This document shows, piece by piece, positions 39,883-52,500 of a stretch of DNA of 64,000 nucleotides. How positions within the stretch are numbered: the first letter of the stretch is position 1; each line of letters begins with the position of its first letter. The notes beneath the pieces were generated by a model that was not told the origin of the DNA, ran no database searches, and saw nothing but the letters and a program-made list of their open reading frames with translations. Source of the DNA: Balanoglossus misakiensis (taxonomy: Eukaryota; Animalia; Hemichordata); the NCBI GenBank assembly GCA_040954595.2, contig CM082577.2, positions 2,046,001 through 2,110,000 on the forward strand. Reading direction: 5' to 3'. A program made the position numbers and the translations under genes.

Positions 39883-39975
39883 TTAACCCTTTGACTACCA
39901 TGGTTCTGTCCAAACCCATTGTTTTCTATGGTGAGGTTGAACCACTAAAGAGGGAACTGGGGGTGAAAGGGTTAA
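39883..39975 (+). mobile_element. Family A MITE with both TTAA target duplications, in the B9D1 3' UTR
   Basis: ttaa|cccttt...aaaggg|ttaa; the 85-bp body (39887-39971) is the same length as copy 1. Confidence 0.85.
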
Positions 39976-40425
39976 GTGCTACACCAAACCTTAATATTTT
40001 GCAGTACACAGAACAGTGGACAATCTCACGCGGTGTGTTTAAACACTGTTTGCATTACTCTCATTGCAAAGCACACATTTTTGCCTGGTGTTTGCAATTT
40101 GAATATGCAAAATGTGGGGTTTGATCACACAGGCCTCAGAAATTAAAACTTAAAATATTTGAATCTGCAGTACTCTTCTGTCTTAATTATCGCTACAAAT
40201 TACGCAAACTTCTGGTGCTCTGAGCAGTGTGTACGTCGGTTACATTCATGGCTCCCTTGTTGCGGTGTGTGTAATACCTCCATCCTTCTCTTGTTCCATC
40301 TGTACTTGCCAACCATCACCCTGGAGTGAATGAACTCGGGGTGATCTGGAAGAAACATTCAGATGGAGAGGTACATTATGCTGGATCCGCTATTTGGTGC
40401 CTTGTGGAAACATTTAATGTATTTT

Positions 40426-40526
40426 AATAAATTACAGAATGAACACCCTTAGAAGACTGATTTGAGTAAGGGTCCAAATCAAACAAAGATGCAAGTAGCA
40501 AAATAACATTTTTGTTGTACAATAAA
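40426..40526 (+). terminator. Candidate B9D1 polyadenylation signals
   Basis: AATAAA at 40426-40431 and 40521-40526, with T-rich sequence downstream. Confidence 0.5.
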
Positions 40527-43500
40527 ATCTCTCTAAATGCTCCTTTTTTCATGTAAATAGGTTTTTAATGTAAGTCACATTTGTAATTTTAAAAAAATAT
40601 GTTTTAGGTGTTTCAGTTCATGTTTTTTCCCAATACTGAAAGTGAGAATGTGTTACATATGTGTGAATCAAGACGTACTATGAATCCCAGGATTATTTGT
40701 TGGTTCATTTGTTCTGTCGGTTCTTGTACCAGACACATGTCAAGGTATATAAACTTTACGCTCATTCTTGAAGGCTGCATGCGTTTGGATTAAAAGTGCA
40801 GAGACATCAGGATTAATCTCCTGAATGGAATGAAGCCGAATTATACGCAGGGTCCAATATTTATTTTGTTGGGCAAACTCCTCAATCACAGCTGACGGTG
40901 TGAGCAAATGGCAATGCTGTTCAGAACGGTTTTCCCCTTGCATCCTCCTGCCCAGACTGTATCCAAGGTTGACCCGAGCACATCTGATGTGACCTCTCTC
41001 ACCGGGAGATCTGCAAGGCCGATCTGGCCTTGGAAATCGCCTGGCAACGTCTGTTGCTGCTCCGAATTCACTGACATGTCATTGATGTGATCTGTTCTGC
41101 TTCGTTTGTTTCGGAGTAAAGCCAGCGTGAAAGAATTATGTCAGTGATATTTGCTTTCCGTTAGAGTGTTGCGTTAACGCATTTTATTTTATTCATGTAT
41201 GTATAGGTAATCAAGTACTTCAAAATTAATTTGACAGAAGAGATTGAATCTGCACGCATACTAGGAAATATGTCAATTACGACTTCCATGCCATCGTATT
41301 ATTCATAAGCACGGGCGTCTGTAATCTGTCAGTGTGAATTGTTATATTAGTATAAACATGGGCTCTCTGTGCATTACTGGTATCTAAAATTAATTGGACT
41401 ATTAAATGACCTTGCATTAAACTGACAGCTCTGTTTGCGATCATGAGTCCACCTTGTAGCATGCAAATAGCTTATTTGCTGGTCATGAAAATCCTCACAC
41501 CTTGTATGCATGGACACCTCCCTGTCAATTCCAATATGCGAGACTTATTTATACTTTTAAATATTTCAGTTCCATTTCAATTATTAAAGTGTAGTTTATG
41601 TAGAATTCAAACACTTTTTGAATGCTTGTATCTGAATTTATTGTAATTTTTTTTATTGTACATCTGTGTGCCAACTTTCTATTCTTGGCCTTGTGCATCC
41701 CAGTTCCGTAATTATTCTGGATGTACACATTCGTGTTTTTAATGCTGCAAAAACAGTAATCTTTTGTTTAATTATTCGCTTTTCTGCATTCAGTCTTTAA
41801 GAATATTAACTATGTGATTGTACGATATAGGATAAACAACTTCTATCGGGGGGGGGGGTTATGAAGTGAGAAGAATTTATGACTTGTAATTATTTATTAA
41901 TTTCTTGCCAAGATAAGTTCAGTCTAATCATAAAAAACACCTGATTTGAAATGAAGAAGTGAACATGTTTTGTACAGTCGGCACATTTGGTGCGAGGATA
42001 ATTTGATAGAGATGAGAATTAGATCAAGTAAAGTGTATATTTTACATCACTGTCTAGCAAGCTTTAATGATGGAAATGTGAACATGTTACATACCGCTAC
42101 TTTCATCAGACACATTCATCACTTGCGTTCACACATCAGATGACGAAATCCACCTGCGGCTTGTTTGAGTCGACACCTGATGGTATTAGTTTGAAGAATG
42201 AGAATTTTATCATGCCTGGATAGAACACGCATGCTTTTAAACAGATTTGAAGACTGAAAATAACTGCACCCGAATCTCTGCAGTGCTGGGCCCAGTGGTG
42301 AGTACCGAGCTCTAGTCATCAAAGCCATCTACAGTGTTTACGAGGCCATTCAGAATAAGAGAGAATGGCAATTCCTGGCGAAAGGCAATCAACCCTGAAC
42401 TTTAGATTGACTCAATCTCAGCAGGAAAGTTTACCTAGTCAATAAAATTAAGACCCCTTTGCATTTCTTCGTCGGCGATGTGCGAAATGACGTATACAAA
42501 TTAGACGAATTCTAATCTAAGCACAATGCTGACTGCGGGCCACTTCGTATGCAGTCTGAATAGGCTCTGTGTAAACGCGTCTGAGCGCGCTGAAAAGATA
42601 ATTTGAGGGTTGCGCACTGGCCTGATCTTAATTTGATTGGACGCAACAGCGCGCCTTTTGCTTTGCCCAGACGCTGAAAGAAGTGTTAGCATAGCATAGC
42701 ACGCCCATCAAATCAACCTTTGGTCTCCGAGATCATCACCTTGAAAAGAGTTCAGCAGACAATGTGCAGATGAATGAAAAGTTCTGGAAATAAAGAGAGT
42801 TGAATCTCTGTTTCTGACCAGACAAAATCGATGAAACTTTAATGAGCCTGCTACGTGCGCAGATCAAATGCAGCCGTGAAAGTAATAGGCTGGGCATTAA
42901 CTGATGCATACTTTGAACCGTTCTTCGAGACAGACGTTGATTTAGTAATGGAATCGCTCTTTATTGCCTGTCGGCTTACCGTGTGTCGCTCAGTCTCTTT
43001 AGTAGTGGTTCAAGATTATTTTGTAATTCTCCTTTTCCCCCGATTTTTTACTTGGATCTGGTAAATAAGCTCACTTTGGGTGATAATTATTGTTGAACCT
43101 TGATTTGATGTCGTGTTGAAACCACCACAAATTCGCCCGCTCTTTCTTCGCCCTCTCCGCGACTACTGTCAACAGACAAGAACTGTCTCCAGGCACAAGA
43201 AATTACCCATAAGCTTAGCTTGGGAAGTCAATCAATCGACAGTATGTAGCTTCTGTCACTCAGGTGTCGTTTTTGAATCTCTCACTCACCACAGACCTGT
43301 TATCTAATTAACCGGTGTCCTGAAAACACATTGATCATTTTATATGCAAATGACGGAGCATCTGCCTGTATTATAATATTGGACCCAAATGAGGTCAAGG
43401 GATGGGGAGCTCTGTTTGCCAGGTAACGTAATAGTTCTCGCAACTTTCTCTGTCGACATTTAAAAACAGCAACATTAATTCGAAGCCCCCGGTCTTATCC

Positions 43501-44201
43501 CGTGGACTTCGACGGGGAAGTCTGTGTTTACGTGTCAGTCATTTGCCATCCCTTTAAACGATTTCATCCAATAGATCAATTTGTTGTCAGGGTAATCTGA
43601 TAAAAGCATGTTCCTTAAGTGCTTATCAAGGTCTGGCTTCTGGGAGATGGTAATCTTCACGCCGGCCAGGACCGTTCGCAGGAGTGCGAATCGCTTTTTG
43701 CAGCCTTTAATATTTCTCTCTGAGACAGCGTTCATTTCATTGTTTCGTGATGGGCAGCGTGTTTTGTGTGTGAGAGAGAAATGGTCAACGTGTGCTGCCG
43801 ACGGTGAACATCCGACAACTCCGCATCTCCGCCGCGCGATCCTGAAATTGAATCCCAAAGGACACAAGATCAATCCTTGATGAATCCGTCAATTTGCTGA
43901 TATGTCTTCTATCGCCTTAATGGTGTCAACCGGTTTATGACATCAATAGAAGTCGTCACATCCAATCATAATCCGTGTTCTCGGTGCACCTTCGGAAATG
44001 AAATTGCCAACGACAAGGCTTTTACTGAATGTTCTTATCGTGTATGTTAAATCGTATTGTGTATCACCGCAACCATGCCAGTGTACAGAGACTGTGTAAG
44101 CTTGTGTCTACCAGAAATGCAAATGTGTCTTGATGAGGGATGACCCCTTATTACATCCGACGTTTAGAAAAAAAACATGTATCACATAGGCCTAAGGAGT
44201 C

Positions 44202-44260
44202 TGTGTGTGTGTGTTTGTGCGTGTGTGCGTGCGTGCCTACATGTATATGTATGTATGCAC
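44202..44260. repeat. (TG)n/(TGCG)n/(TATG)n microsatellite
   Basis: tgtgtgtgtgtgtttgtgcgtgtgtgcgtgcgtgc...tatgtatgtatg. Confidence 0.85.
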
Positions 44261-46920
44261 GCAGCAGCAAGAGAATTATGTGGGGGGGGGGGGAACCTGA
44301 AACGATGTCACGTACTTTATTACTAATTTGCTAGCGGTTTAGGGAGCTTTCTTTCTCGTCTGCATTTGTTGAAATATGTAAGCTCAGTTGATGTGCGGCA
44401 CGAGAGGGCATTTGTTTTCATTTGCGACGCCGAGTACCAGGGGATAAACAAAACCAAAGATTGATGTATGAGATGTATACGTTCATAATGTGCATAAGTG
44501 ACTGATCGAGTGAGTTTTATTACACATGTACGATGCTATGCCAGAAAATGACTGCGCGAATTCATCGAACATTTTAAAATAAAATAAAAAAACTGAAGGA
44601 GATATATCCGTCTATATTACAGTACTCGATTCGACGTGACCTGATGCATTTGAAGATCCCTAGAGGAAAGGCAAATTGGATTGGCAGCATGGACTGAGAA
44701 GAGAAATGTTTTATTTATAGGCCATTGAGTTTTATGAAAACAGATGTCTCGCAGATAGATGTAATGTGAGTGCGAATAATCCTCTTTTTGTTATAAGTGA
44801 CACTGTGAAAGTACCCGACATTCATGCGAAATTGAGCTGAATAGGTAAAGCACGGAACAGAAGCAAAAATGGACCAGTATAGTGTCTGGAACAGTAATTA
44901 CAGTCGGTCAATGTGTAGTCGACAGTTCGGAAGTTCATGGTTGCAGTTAAATATGTTTTTGTAATTTAACGTTGGCAGGTTCTGAAGAAAACACATTTGT
45001 GCATAGTGCAAAGTGAACTTGGCATCCTGTTGGTTTTTATCACTACAGGTCACGATCTACAGGATCCTCGTCACGTCAGAATGAGAGTCGAACGGATGCA
45101 ACTCGGGGACCGAAAGGTAGGTCCCCCAAAACTTATAATGGCTAGATAGTAAACGTTTTACTGATTCTCTTTGAGTTGTCGTTTACTACTGTGGCGTTCA
45201 TCACGTCCTGTTATAAGCACTTGGTAATGCCCTCACAGATTTCAGAATAGGCTTGGCGGTCATTTGAAATCTAAACCTCCGCCAGTTTAAGAGTCATACT
45301 TTCCGCTATTTGAAAAAGGTACAATTTCCCCGACAAAGTTTCATTCGGATTTTCAAAGTAAGATAAGAATTTAAACTTTTTATTTCGAGGTCCACAGAAT
45401 GCGTCAATATTTTTTATGTACAATATATACAAGCACAGGCGTACGCTTTGGAGCGCGAAATGTACATTTATGCAAATTCCGCCTCATCTTACAGTCATAT
45501 GTAAAACGAGCAAAGAAACCCTGACGTGTTTATTAATAATCGGACGCCTCGGGAAAAAACATCCAAACGTCAAAATGAAATTTAAAAACACATCAATCTT
45601 CTTGAATAGTAGTCTACAAAATACAGTCTATAATTAATGCCCTTTAATTAAATTGTGTTCCTATGCTTCTCAACTTATGTGGCTACCACGCTGCGAAATG
45701 AAAATGAAAATTGCGAAAACAGAATGTTTCAGTCTCGCACCATGTCATTTTATCGAATATTATGTGACAAATACAGTATTTATGACTTCTTTCAAACTGT
45801 TGTTTCATAACTACGATGTGTGGTGTGTATTTTTGTTCAATTCATTGAATAGAAAACCAAACAAGGAGAGACAAAATAATTCACTCCATGTTTAAAGTTC
45901 GTATTTTGAATCACTGAAGTTACATGGATAAAGTTATAATTTAGTGAGAATTTGGCCACGTTGTTGTGCTGGAGCACGTTGAATTGCCGCCCTTTGTAAC
46001 ACTTCATATGAAAATGAATCTATCGGATTAATTACGGCACATGCCTGGCCTTTCTTGCCAAGAATCCACAAGTCGTGAATAGATCTCCGACATGTACGAT
46101 TCGGGGTGTTTCATCAATCAGAACGTCTCGCAGTGATTGTCACGCGCAGAGAAGTCGGTCCATGTCTCTGCATTTTACGATCGACAGCCTTCCGTGATCT
46201 TAGTAAACATCGTCGCCATAAATGAATATTTACATGCTCTAGTAGCATACATACCACGCAGGCAATAAACAAAGCAAACACACAGAGGTCGACATCTAAT
46301 CAAATCGACGAAAGGAAGATATTTGGACTTCTCTTATGCAAATCCAAGAAGTGACGTCAGGTGTTTCGTAACCTGAAGTTCCTCTGTTTATCAAACATTA
46401 TTGTGTAAAGCGTAAAATTCGTATTGCGTATTACATGTGTATGATTTTGTCTAGATATTTAAATAATGCTTTAAATTTGTTTTATTTTTCTTGGTTTACC
46501 TGTTTAACCGTTGTGCGTTTGCTTTTTGAGCATTTTATGAGTTTACACTTCATTTTCAGGATTTTACCAACTTATAATCTAGCGTGGGTTTCTTTTGGTG
46601 GGTTTCAAGGTAAACATTTTATATAAAAACATCTTCCAAACAATTGACACGGACAAAAATATATTGAAAGGTTAAAAGATAAAGTTGATTTGTGTATCGT
46701 AAACACGACGTTATCTTGTTCATCCCATTGTAGAGGCTTTCTTAAAATCTGAAATATAGCTGCATGTTAACATAAAAGACGAAAGTGGTACACTATACAA
46801 CTTTCGAAGGCTAATACTCTTTAAATTATTCAATATGGTAATATTATATTTAAAAATGAGTTGATATACAAATCTTTTCCTAGTCTGGTTTGCACTGAAA
46901 AAGTACAAAGTTATCTCGAC

Positions 46921-48039
46921 TCACGACCGTCGCGGCGGTTGACCGGTGCCCGTTTTCTGGAGAGCCGTGGTCTGCGTGTTGGCATCGTCGCGTCCGCCCG
47001 ACCGCGAGTTGCCGGAGTTCTTGTTGAGTTTGGTGTCGGCGTCCAGGTCTGACTCGCGCACGCGCCTGCACGTCATGGCCTTGTAGAAGCACTTGCGGAA
47101 GTTGTCGCTCATGAAGGAGTAGATGACAGGGTTGACGCTGCTGTTCACGTAGCTGAGCGACAGCGTAAAGTAGAAGCCGATGACGAAGCCCTTGTCCGGG
47201 ATCCAGTCATACGGCATCGTCAACGAGTACATCTGGATGGCGTAGAACGGAGTCCAGCACGTCACGAAGACGAAGATCACCGTCAGCACCATCCGCGCCA
47301 CCTTCTTGGTCGGCGTCTTAGTGTTCGACGCTCCGAGGGGCGCCACTCCCGTGTATAGGCGCCGGATCATCAGCAGGTAGCAGGCGGTGATGATGAACAC
47401 GGGCAGGACCAGCCCGAACACGAACATGTATATGTAGAAGACCTTCTGGAGGTCCTGGTAGGGCCAGGACAGCGTGCACACCGTGCTCTCGAGACTCTCA
47501 ATCCTCACCGTCCGCGCGTACAGCCAAAGAGGCATCACCGTCAGACCCGACGCAAACCAAATCGAGACGTTGACGACGGTGGCGACTCGGACCGTTCGAA
47601 TCTTCATGCTCCGGATCGGGTGCACGATCGCCAGGTAGCGATCGATGGCCATGGCCGTGAGGCAGTAAATACCTGTCGTCTGGTTCAACGTGTCGACGGC
47701 CATCACCAATTTGCACCACACGTAGCCGAACGGCCAGTGCCGGCTGGCGGTCAACACGGATATGAACGGCATGTTGATCATGAAGAAGAGATCCGCCAGG
47801 GCCAGACTCAGGATGTAGATGTTGGCCACCGTTTTCATCTTCGAGTGCTTCAAAATGACAAATATCACCAGACTGTTGCCGATGATACCGAACAGGCAAT
47901 TGCACGCGAAGACCGCCGGCATGACGATGAGGATCGGACCGTAATCTGGATACGGGTTAAAGGAGCCATTCCCTTGGTCAGGCGCCATGGTCGTCACGGT
48001 AGCCATGGTCGATACCTCTGCGGGAGTCACGTTGGTCAT
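46921..48039 (-). CDS. Class A neuropeptide GPCR, somatostatin/MCH receptor-like, single coding exon, 372 aa
   Basis: 7TM motifs GNSLVI, LALAD, WPFG..WC, MAIDRYLAIVHP, W4.50, CWTPF, NSSVNPVIY and SDNFRK; N-glycosylation sequons NVT and NGS. The first in-frame ATG is at 48039; the ORF-track start at 48144 is not an ATG. A likely 5'UTR acceptor ttgcag| lies at 48319-48320. Confidence 0.93.
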   Translation of the reverse strand: MTNVTPAEVSTMATVTTMAPDQGNGSFNPYPDYGPILIVMPAVFACNCLFGIIGNSLVIFVILKHSKMKTVANIYILSLALADLFFMINMPFISVLTASRHWPFGYVWCKLVMAVDTLNQTTGIYCLTAMAIDRYLAIVHPIRSMKIRTVRVATVVNVSIWFASGLTVMPLWLYARTVRIESLESTVCTLSWPYQDLQKVFYIYMFVFGLVLPVFIITACYLLMIRRLYTGVAPLGASNTKTPTKKVARMVLTVIFVFVTCWTPFYAIQMYSLTMPYDWIPDKGFVIGFYFTLSLSYVNSSVNPVIYSFMSDNFRKCFYKAMTCRRVRESDLDADTKLNKNSGNSRSGGRDDANTQTTALQKTGTGQPPRRS

Positions 48040-49554
48040 TGTATCCGATCGTGGTGGGTGAAGGTAAACTTTTCGACCGTTGCGTTTTATCTTTGGTAAC
48101 ACGTACAAACTAAACGCCGAGTGAGTTATGACTTTGGTTAACACATCGCTGCTGGCCGAAACTTAAATCAGTCGTTCGTTCGTTCTGCTCACGTTCGTAA
48201 CCCACAACGCAAAGTCTGCGATGTCTAAACGATGGATGCGGACAGTTTTCTTCGGGGCGAGTAGGTCTCCAAACTCCTCGAACGTGTCCGCCGAGCAAAT
48301 GCAGAAAAACCGACGCACCTGCAATTATATAGAGGCTATCATTAGTCACATGGGAGAGAGCAAGGAGATTGCATGTCATGCGCAGTAGGTAAAATATTGA
48401 AGTTCATATTAGCATAATTGATGTTAACATTATCTCAGTGTGTATCCGAACAGCAAACTACCCATACCCAGTCAGTTACCGAGACTCGTTTGCTGTTCCG
48501 ATCCGGGGGTGTACACTTGTGTCATTCATTGTCATTTCATTTGTACCAACTGGAAGGCCCCCGGATAAAAACGCACCGGCTTTCGGAAAGAACCGATGTG
48601 TGTATCAGGCAGCCGTAAAACACTCATACTCGTCGACAATATCGCCATGCAGTTATGTGTTGAAATATGGCTACCACGACGCCTTGTCTATGCGTGAAGA
48701 TTGTCTGATAGTTAAATTGAATGGATGGCGTGACTTTTGGGCATGCAGCGCAAATGGCCCTGACTCAAACTTATGTTCTCTTGAATTCTGCGTGTCACAT
48801 AATAGTGAAAGGCGCGAAGAAATAGGTTGCCGTTAATAAGGTCCCCAACCGAGCACAACAACCACCTGTTTTATTTCCATTACTGAAACGCAGAATGTCA
48901 CCGCGAACTAACGGGGCTGGCCAGAGCGTGTAGGAGCGACAAATGTATTCGCCCACACAATTTTTCTCGCTTTTTAGTATTGTCAGACGACCGTTCGTTC
49001 TTCACGGGTACACATTAATCACCGAGAAAGCCGCCTGTTTTCCCTCCGTAATTGAAATGCATGGAGATAGTGGGAGAGGCGTTTTGTGCAGATTAACGCG
49101 CGTCTGTCCCTGTCCACCTTAATCCAGCGTGAGCGATCAACTCTGTCAGGCGTCTCTCTCTCCAAGGCGCGGGCGAAAGCCAATGTCACCGCTTTTATTT
49201 CAGCGGCAGACACCTCGCTCCAGGGTCTATGATTCAGCATACTTGTGAGCAATCGAAAAGCAAAAGGGTTGAGCAAATCAGACAACTTTCGGTTTCAAGC
49301 TCGTCGTTGTGGCAGACTCGTGGGGTTACTTAATAGCTTTCATTTTTCACAATCGGATTCTTCACGCCCAACGCTTTTCAAAATCTACAGCGCCAGCAAT
49401 AAGAACGTGACATCGTTTAATTCGACCGTCGTAATTAATACCATGGCTAATGCTAATGAAATCCCAAGATACATGTCCTTCAATGGTGAAATTAATTTAA
49501 TCACTAAACGGACGCTGGTAATAACTTCAGCCAATATATCTGCGGGTCAAGCAG

Positions 49555-49588
49555 ATCAGACCATAGACCCTAGGGTCTATGATCAGAC
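49555..49588. mobile_element. 20-bp perfect palindrome flanked by a 7-bp direct repeat (micro-MITE or footprint)
   Basis: atcagac|catagaccctagggtctatg|atcagac. Confidence 0.7.
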
Positions 49589-52500
49589 AGATGAACTGAC
49601 AGCAAAAGTGACCATAAACTAAGCACATCGCCCGGTGTGGAAGTTTGACAGAAAACGTGTTTTTTTCGCGCCGAATGAAATCATCCACACCGCGACGTCT
49701 ACGACAGCGAAAACGGGCACTTCTGGTTTATCCTAAGAAAAAAATCGTTTGACGTCCCGAGTAATATTCCGTATACGTGTCCTCATCTATTTTCACTACT
49801 GTATTATCGATAATACGCACCGCGTCCGGACTAATCTTATAATTTAATAACATCACGTCAGATTAGACGAGTAATAGCGCAATAAAGGTGGGCAATTATC
49901 GCCAAGATTAGCGACCGGGATTAGAGTGATTAGAATATACTGCCGCTGATGAGCTCATTTTAATACCGAAAGATTATCGTGTGCATCGGCGGTGATATTT
50001 CACGTCATTCCGCTTGGAATTGTGGGACACGGATCGATAGGCAAGACGTGAAGATGTGTACAGCTGTATCTCTCGCGGTTGTTATTGTCGCGTGCCGTCG
50101 GCAAGAGCATATCTTTTATGCTGGCAGTTCACGTGGAAACAATCTCCAATATCTCGTGACGCGGTCTCCGTTCCATTGCAACCAAATCTGTAAAGAATTT
50201 GTCGAGGTGCCATTATCGCTCGACGATGTTCCCGCCGAAAACAGCATTGACGTCGCTGTTGTAGGCCTACGCTTCTTCCGAATTTCAATGTTATAATTTA
50301 ATATTAAACATCACGTCAAATTCGGGATTGAGAGTCGTCCTCAAATAGTCTCTTTTTAGACATAAAATCGGCCTTTGACCTCGGGGAGACAGGCCACTTT
50401 GGGGTAACACATAGTCCCTCGGGTAGACGACCGGGTTAACTTCATGGCCTGTCAATGTTTCCCGACATATTTACAGCTAAGACTAAAGGTGTGAACACCA
50501 CCAGAAGGCAGTGTCTAAGAGAAGATTCATGCATGTACGCAGAGGTCCAAGCGAAAGTGCAGGGGCCCACGATTTCCCGGCCAATCCACGATATATTCTC
50601 CCGCTCTGCCGGGAGCTGATGTCCATGATGTACGGGACGTTGCGTCTCGATTAACTCTGTCACAGACGCTCAGATACCCTCGAGGCGTTTAGCTTGACCC
50701 CGCAGGTGCGTTTGTGTAACGAAGCGTGCTGTTTGCTAAGACGCATTAGGCAATCTCGATTCTTTGACACACAACTGACCGGGTGGAGACAGTGTCAGAA
50801 CGCACGATCAGTTTTCTGTCTCGGGCGGAGTCTCACAGGAATTCCAAACTCCTCCAGGTCACCTGACATTTCCGTTGACATTCCAGGTGCAGGTGAGAGA
50901 AAACGCGAGGGCGACCAACCGAAGATCCATACCAGATCTGTAAATCCCGATCCGCTTTCAACCAACAGGTTTGAATCAGGAGGACATCTATAATCACACA
51001 ACTTTTGCAGGTATGATGACGTAGCAAGAGACTCGACCATTTCTTGAAAAAAAAATGAGTGCAAAGCGTCTACTGTCGGACAACGCACCAAAATGTTACC
51101 ACATTTTTCGTTGTGCTGATGTCGTCCGCTGCTGGTTGAAATTTCATTTGGGGTCTAGTATTGGAGTTGTCAAATGGTATTAGTGTATCGATTTCTCTTT
51201 ACAAAAATCACACATACGATAAATCTAGAAACGCTTCAACAACAAGCGTCGGTGTAATAAGCGATCATTACATTTAATTTTTGGTGAGGAGATTGTCGAA
51301 CGCAATTCAAGAAGTTGTCGTCTGGTGAATGCGTCACTGTGACGGTTATCAGGTGGAGCGGCCTGACTGCTTCTGGACAGGATTACACTAATCCCGGGAT
51401 AATCGCTGTAATTAACACCCACGGGAATGTTTGCTTTCTTATCGAGCATGAGATCGCGTAGGTGTAAAAATCTGACACCCAATTATAAGCAAATACGATA
51501 GCCATCATATAGTTTTTTTCCCTGCCATGTGCCATTTCCTTGTGAGAATATTGTGCCTTATCCCCAGCAGAGCTACTACGTTCTTATTGAACGATTTTCA
51601 GTTTCGTTTGTATCACACTCTTCCTTTAGAGTTTCAGTTACTCTATCATATTTCAGCCTACACCAACAGAACGTCACGTATTCGAATACCTAGAACACGA
51701 TAAAACCCACCTTGACGATATAAAATGATCAAAATCGCCGTTGAATCCATGGAAAAGGAAAGTCGGTATGAGATGAAGGCATCATAAAATACAACCTTAA
51801 ATTTGTTCATCAAAAAAACTCATCAAACTGAAGACGAGAATACACTCAATTATTGGCCACACATTGAGAACCCCAATGGATAAGACATAATCCCTTTAAT
51901 CCAAAATGGCACAAACCTCCCATGAAGATGAGTAGGTGTTTTACACTTTCGATTTTATGTTCTAACGATCGAATAATGGCTAAGAAATTGGCAATAACTG
52001 GACAAATGGGCATAGCTACTATCAGAACAATATAACGATTTGGCTTTGACACGTCATTTATATAACACGAGAGCCACCCGAAATGGCCGGAGTCGCTGAC
52101 TGGCGTAGGTATGACAACGTGTGTTGCGCACGAAGCCCTGTATATATAGGTGGGCATACGAGCATTTTAAACCTACCGATATGTACATGTATATTATCGG
52201 ACGTTTGGTCACGCGATGCTTTGAGGCGAGTATCGCGTCACTAATTGAAGTCGCCATGATGGGTGACCGACCGACCGCACGACAATTTGACAAGTCGCAC
52301 TCAATCTGCGAACGGACGAATGACGCGGAACTGAACACAAAACACCGGTTATCTGTGTCGTCAGTGCGTGCGAACATTTTACTGCCTGGGGATTGCAAAG
52401 GTAAATTATACTATTACGTCGTGTACCTTCAGTCTTCTTATCTGTGTCAGAAACACCCCGAGAGCTCTACATCTGTGTCAAGATAGTCATCTGATAGATG

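Noticed and set aside
47498-48099. 135-aa and 159-aa ORFs overlapping the GPCR
   Set aside because: Shadow frames produced by the GC-rich codon usage of the receptor.
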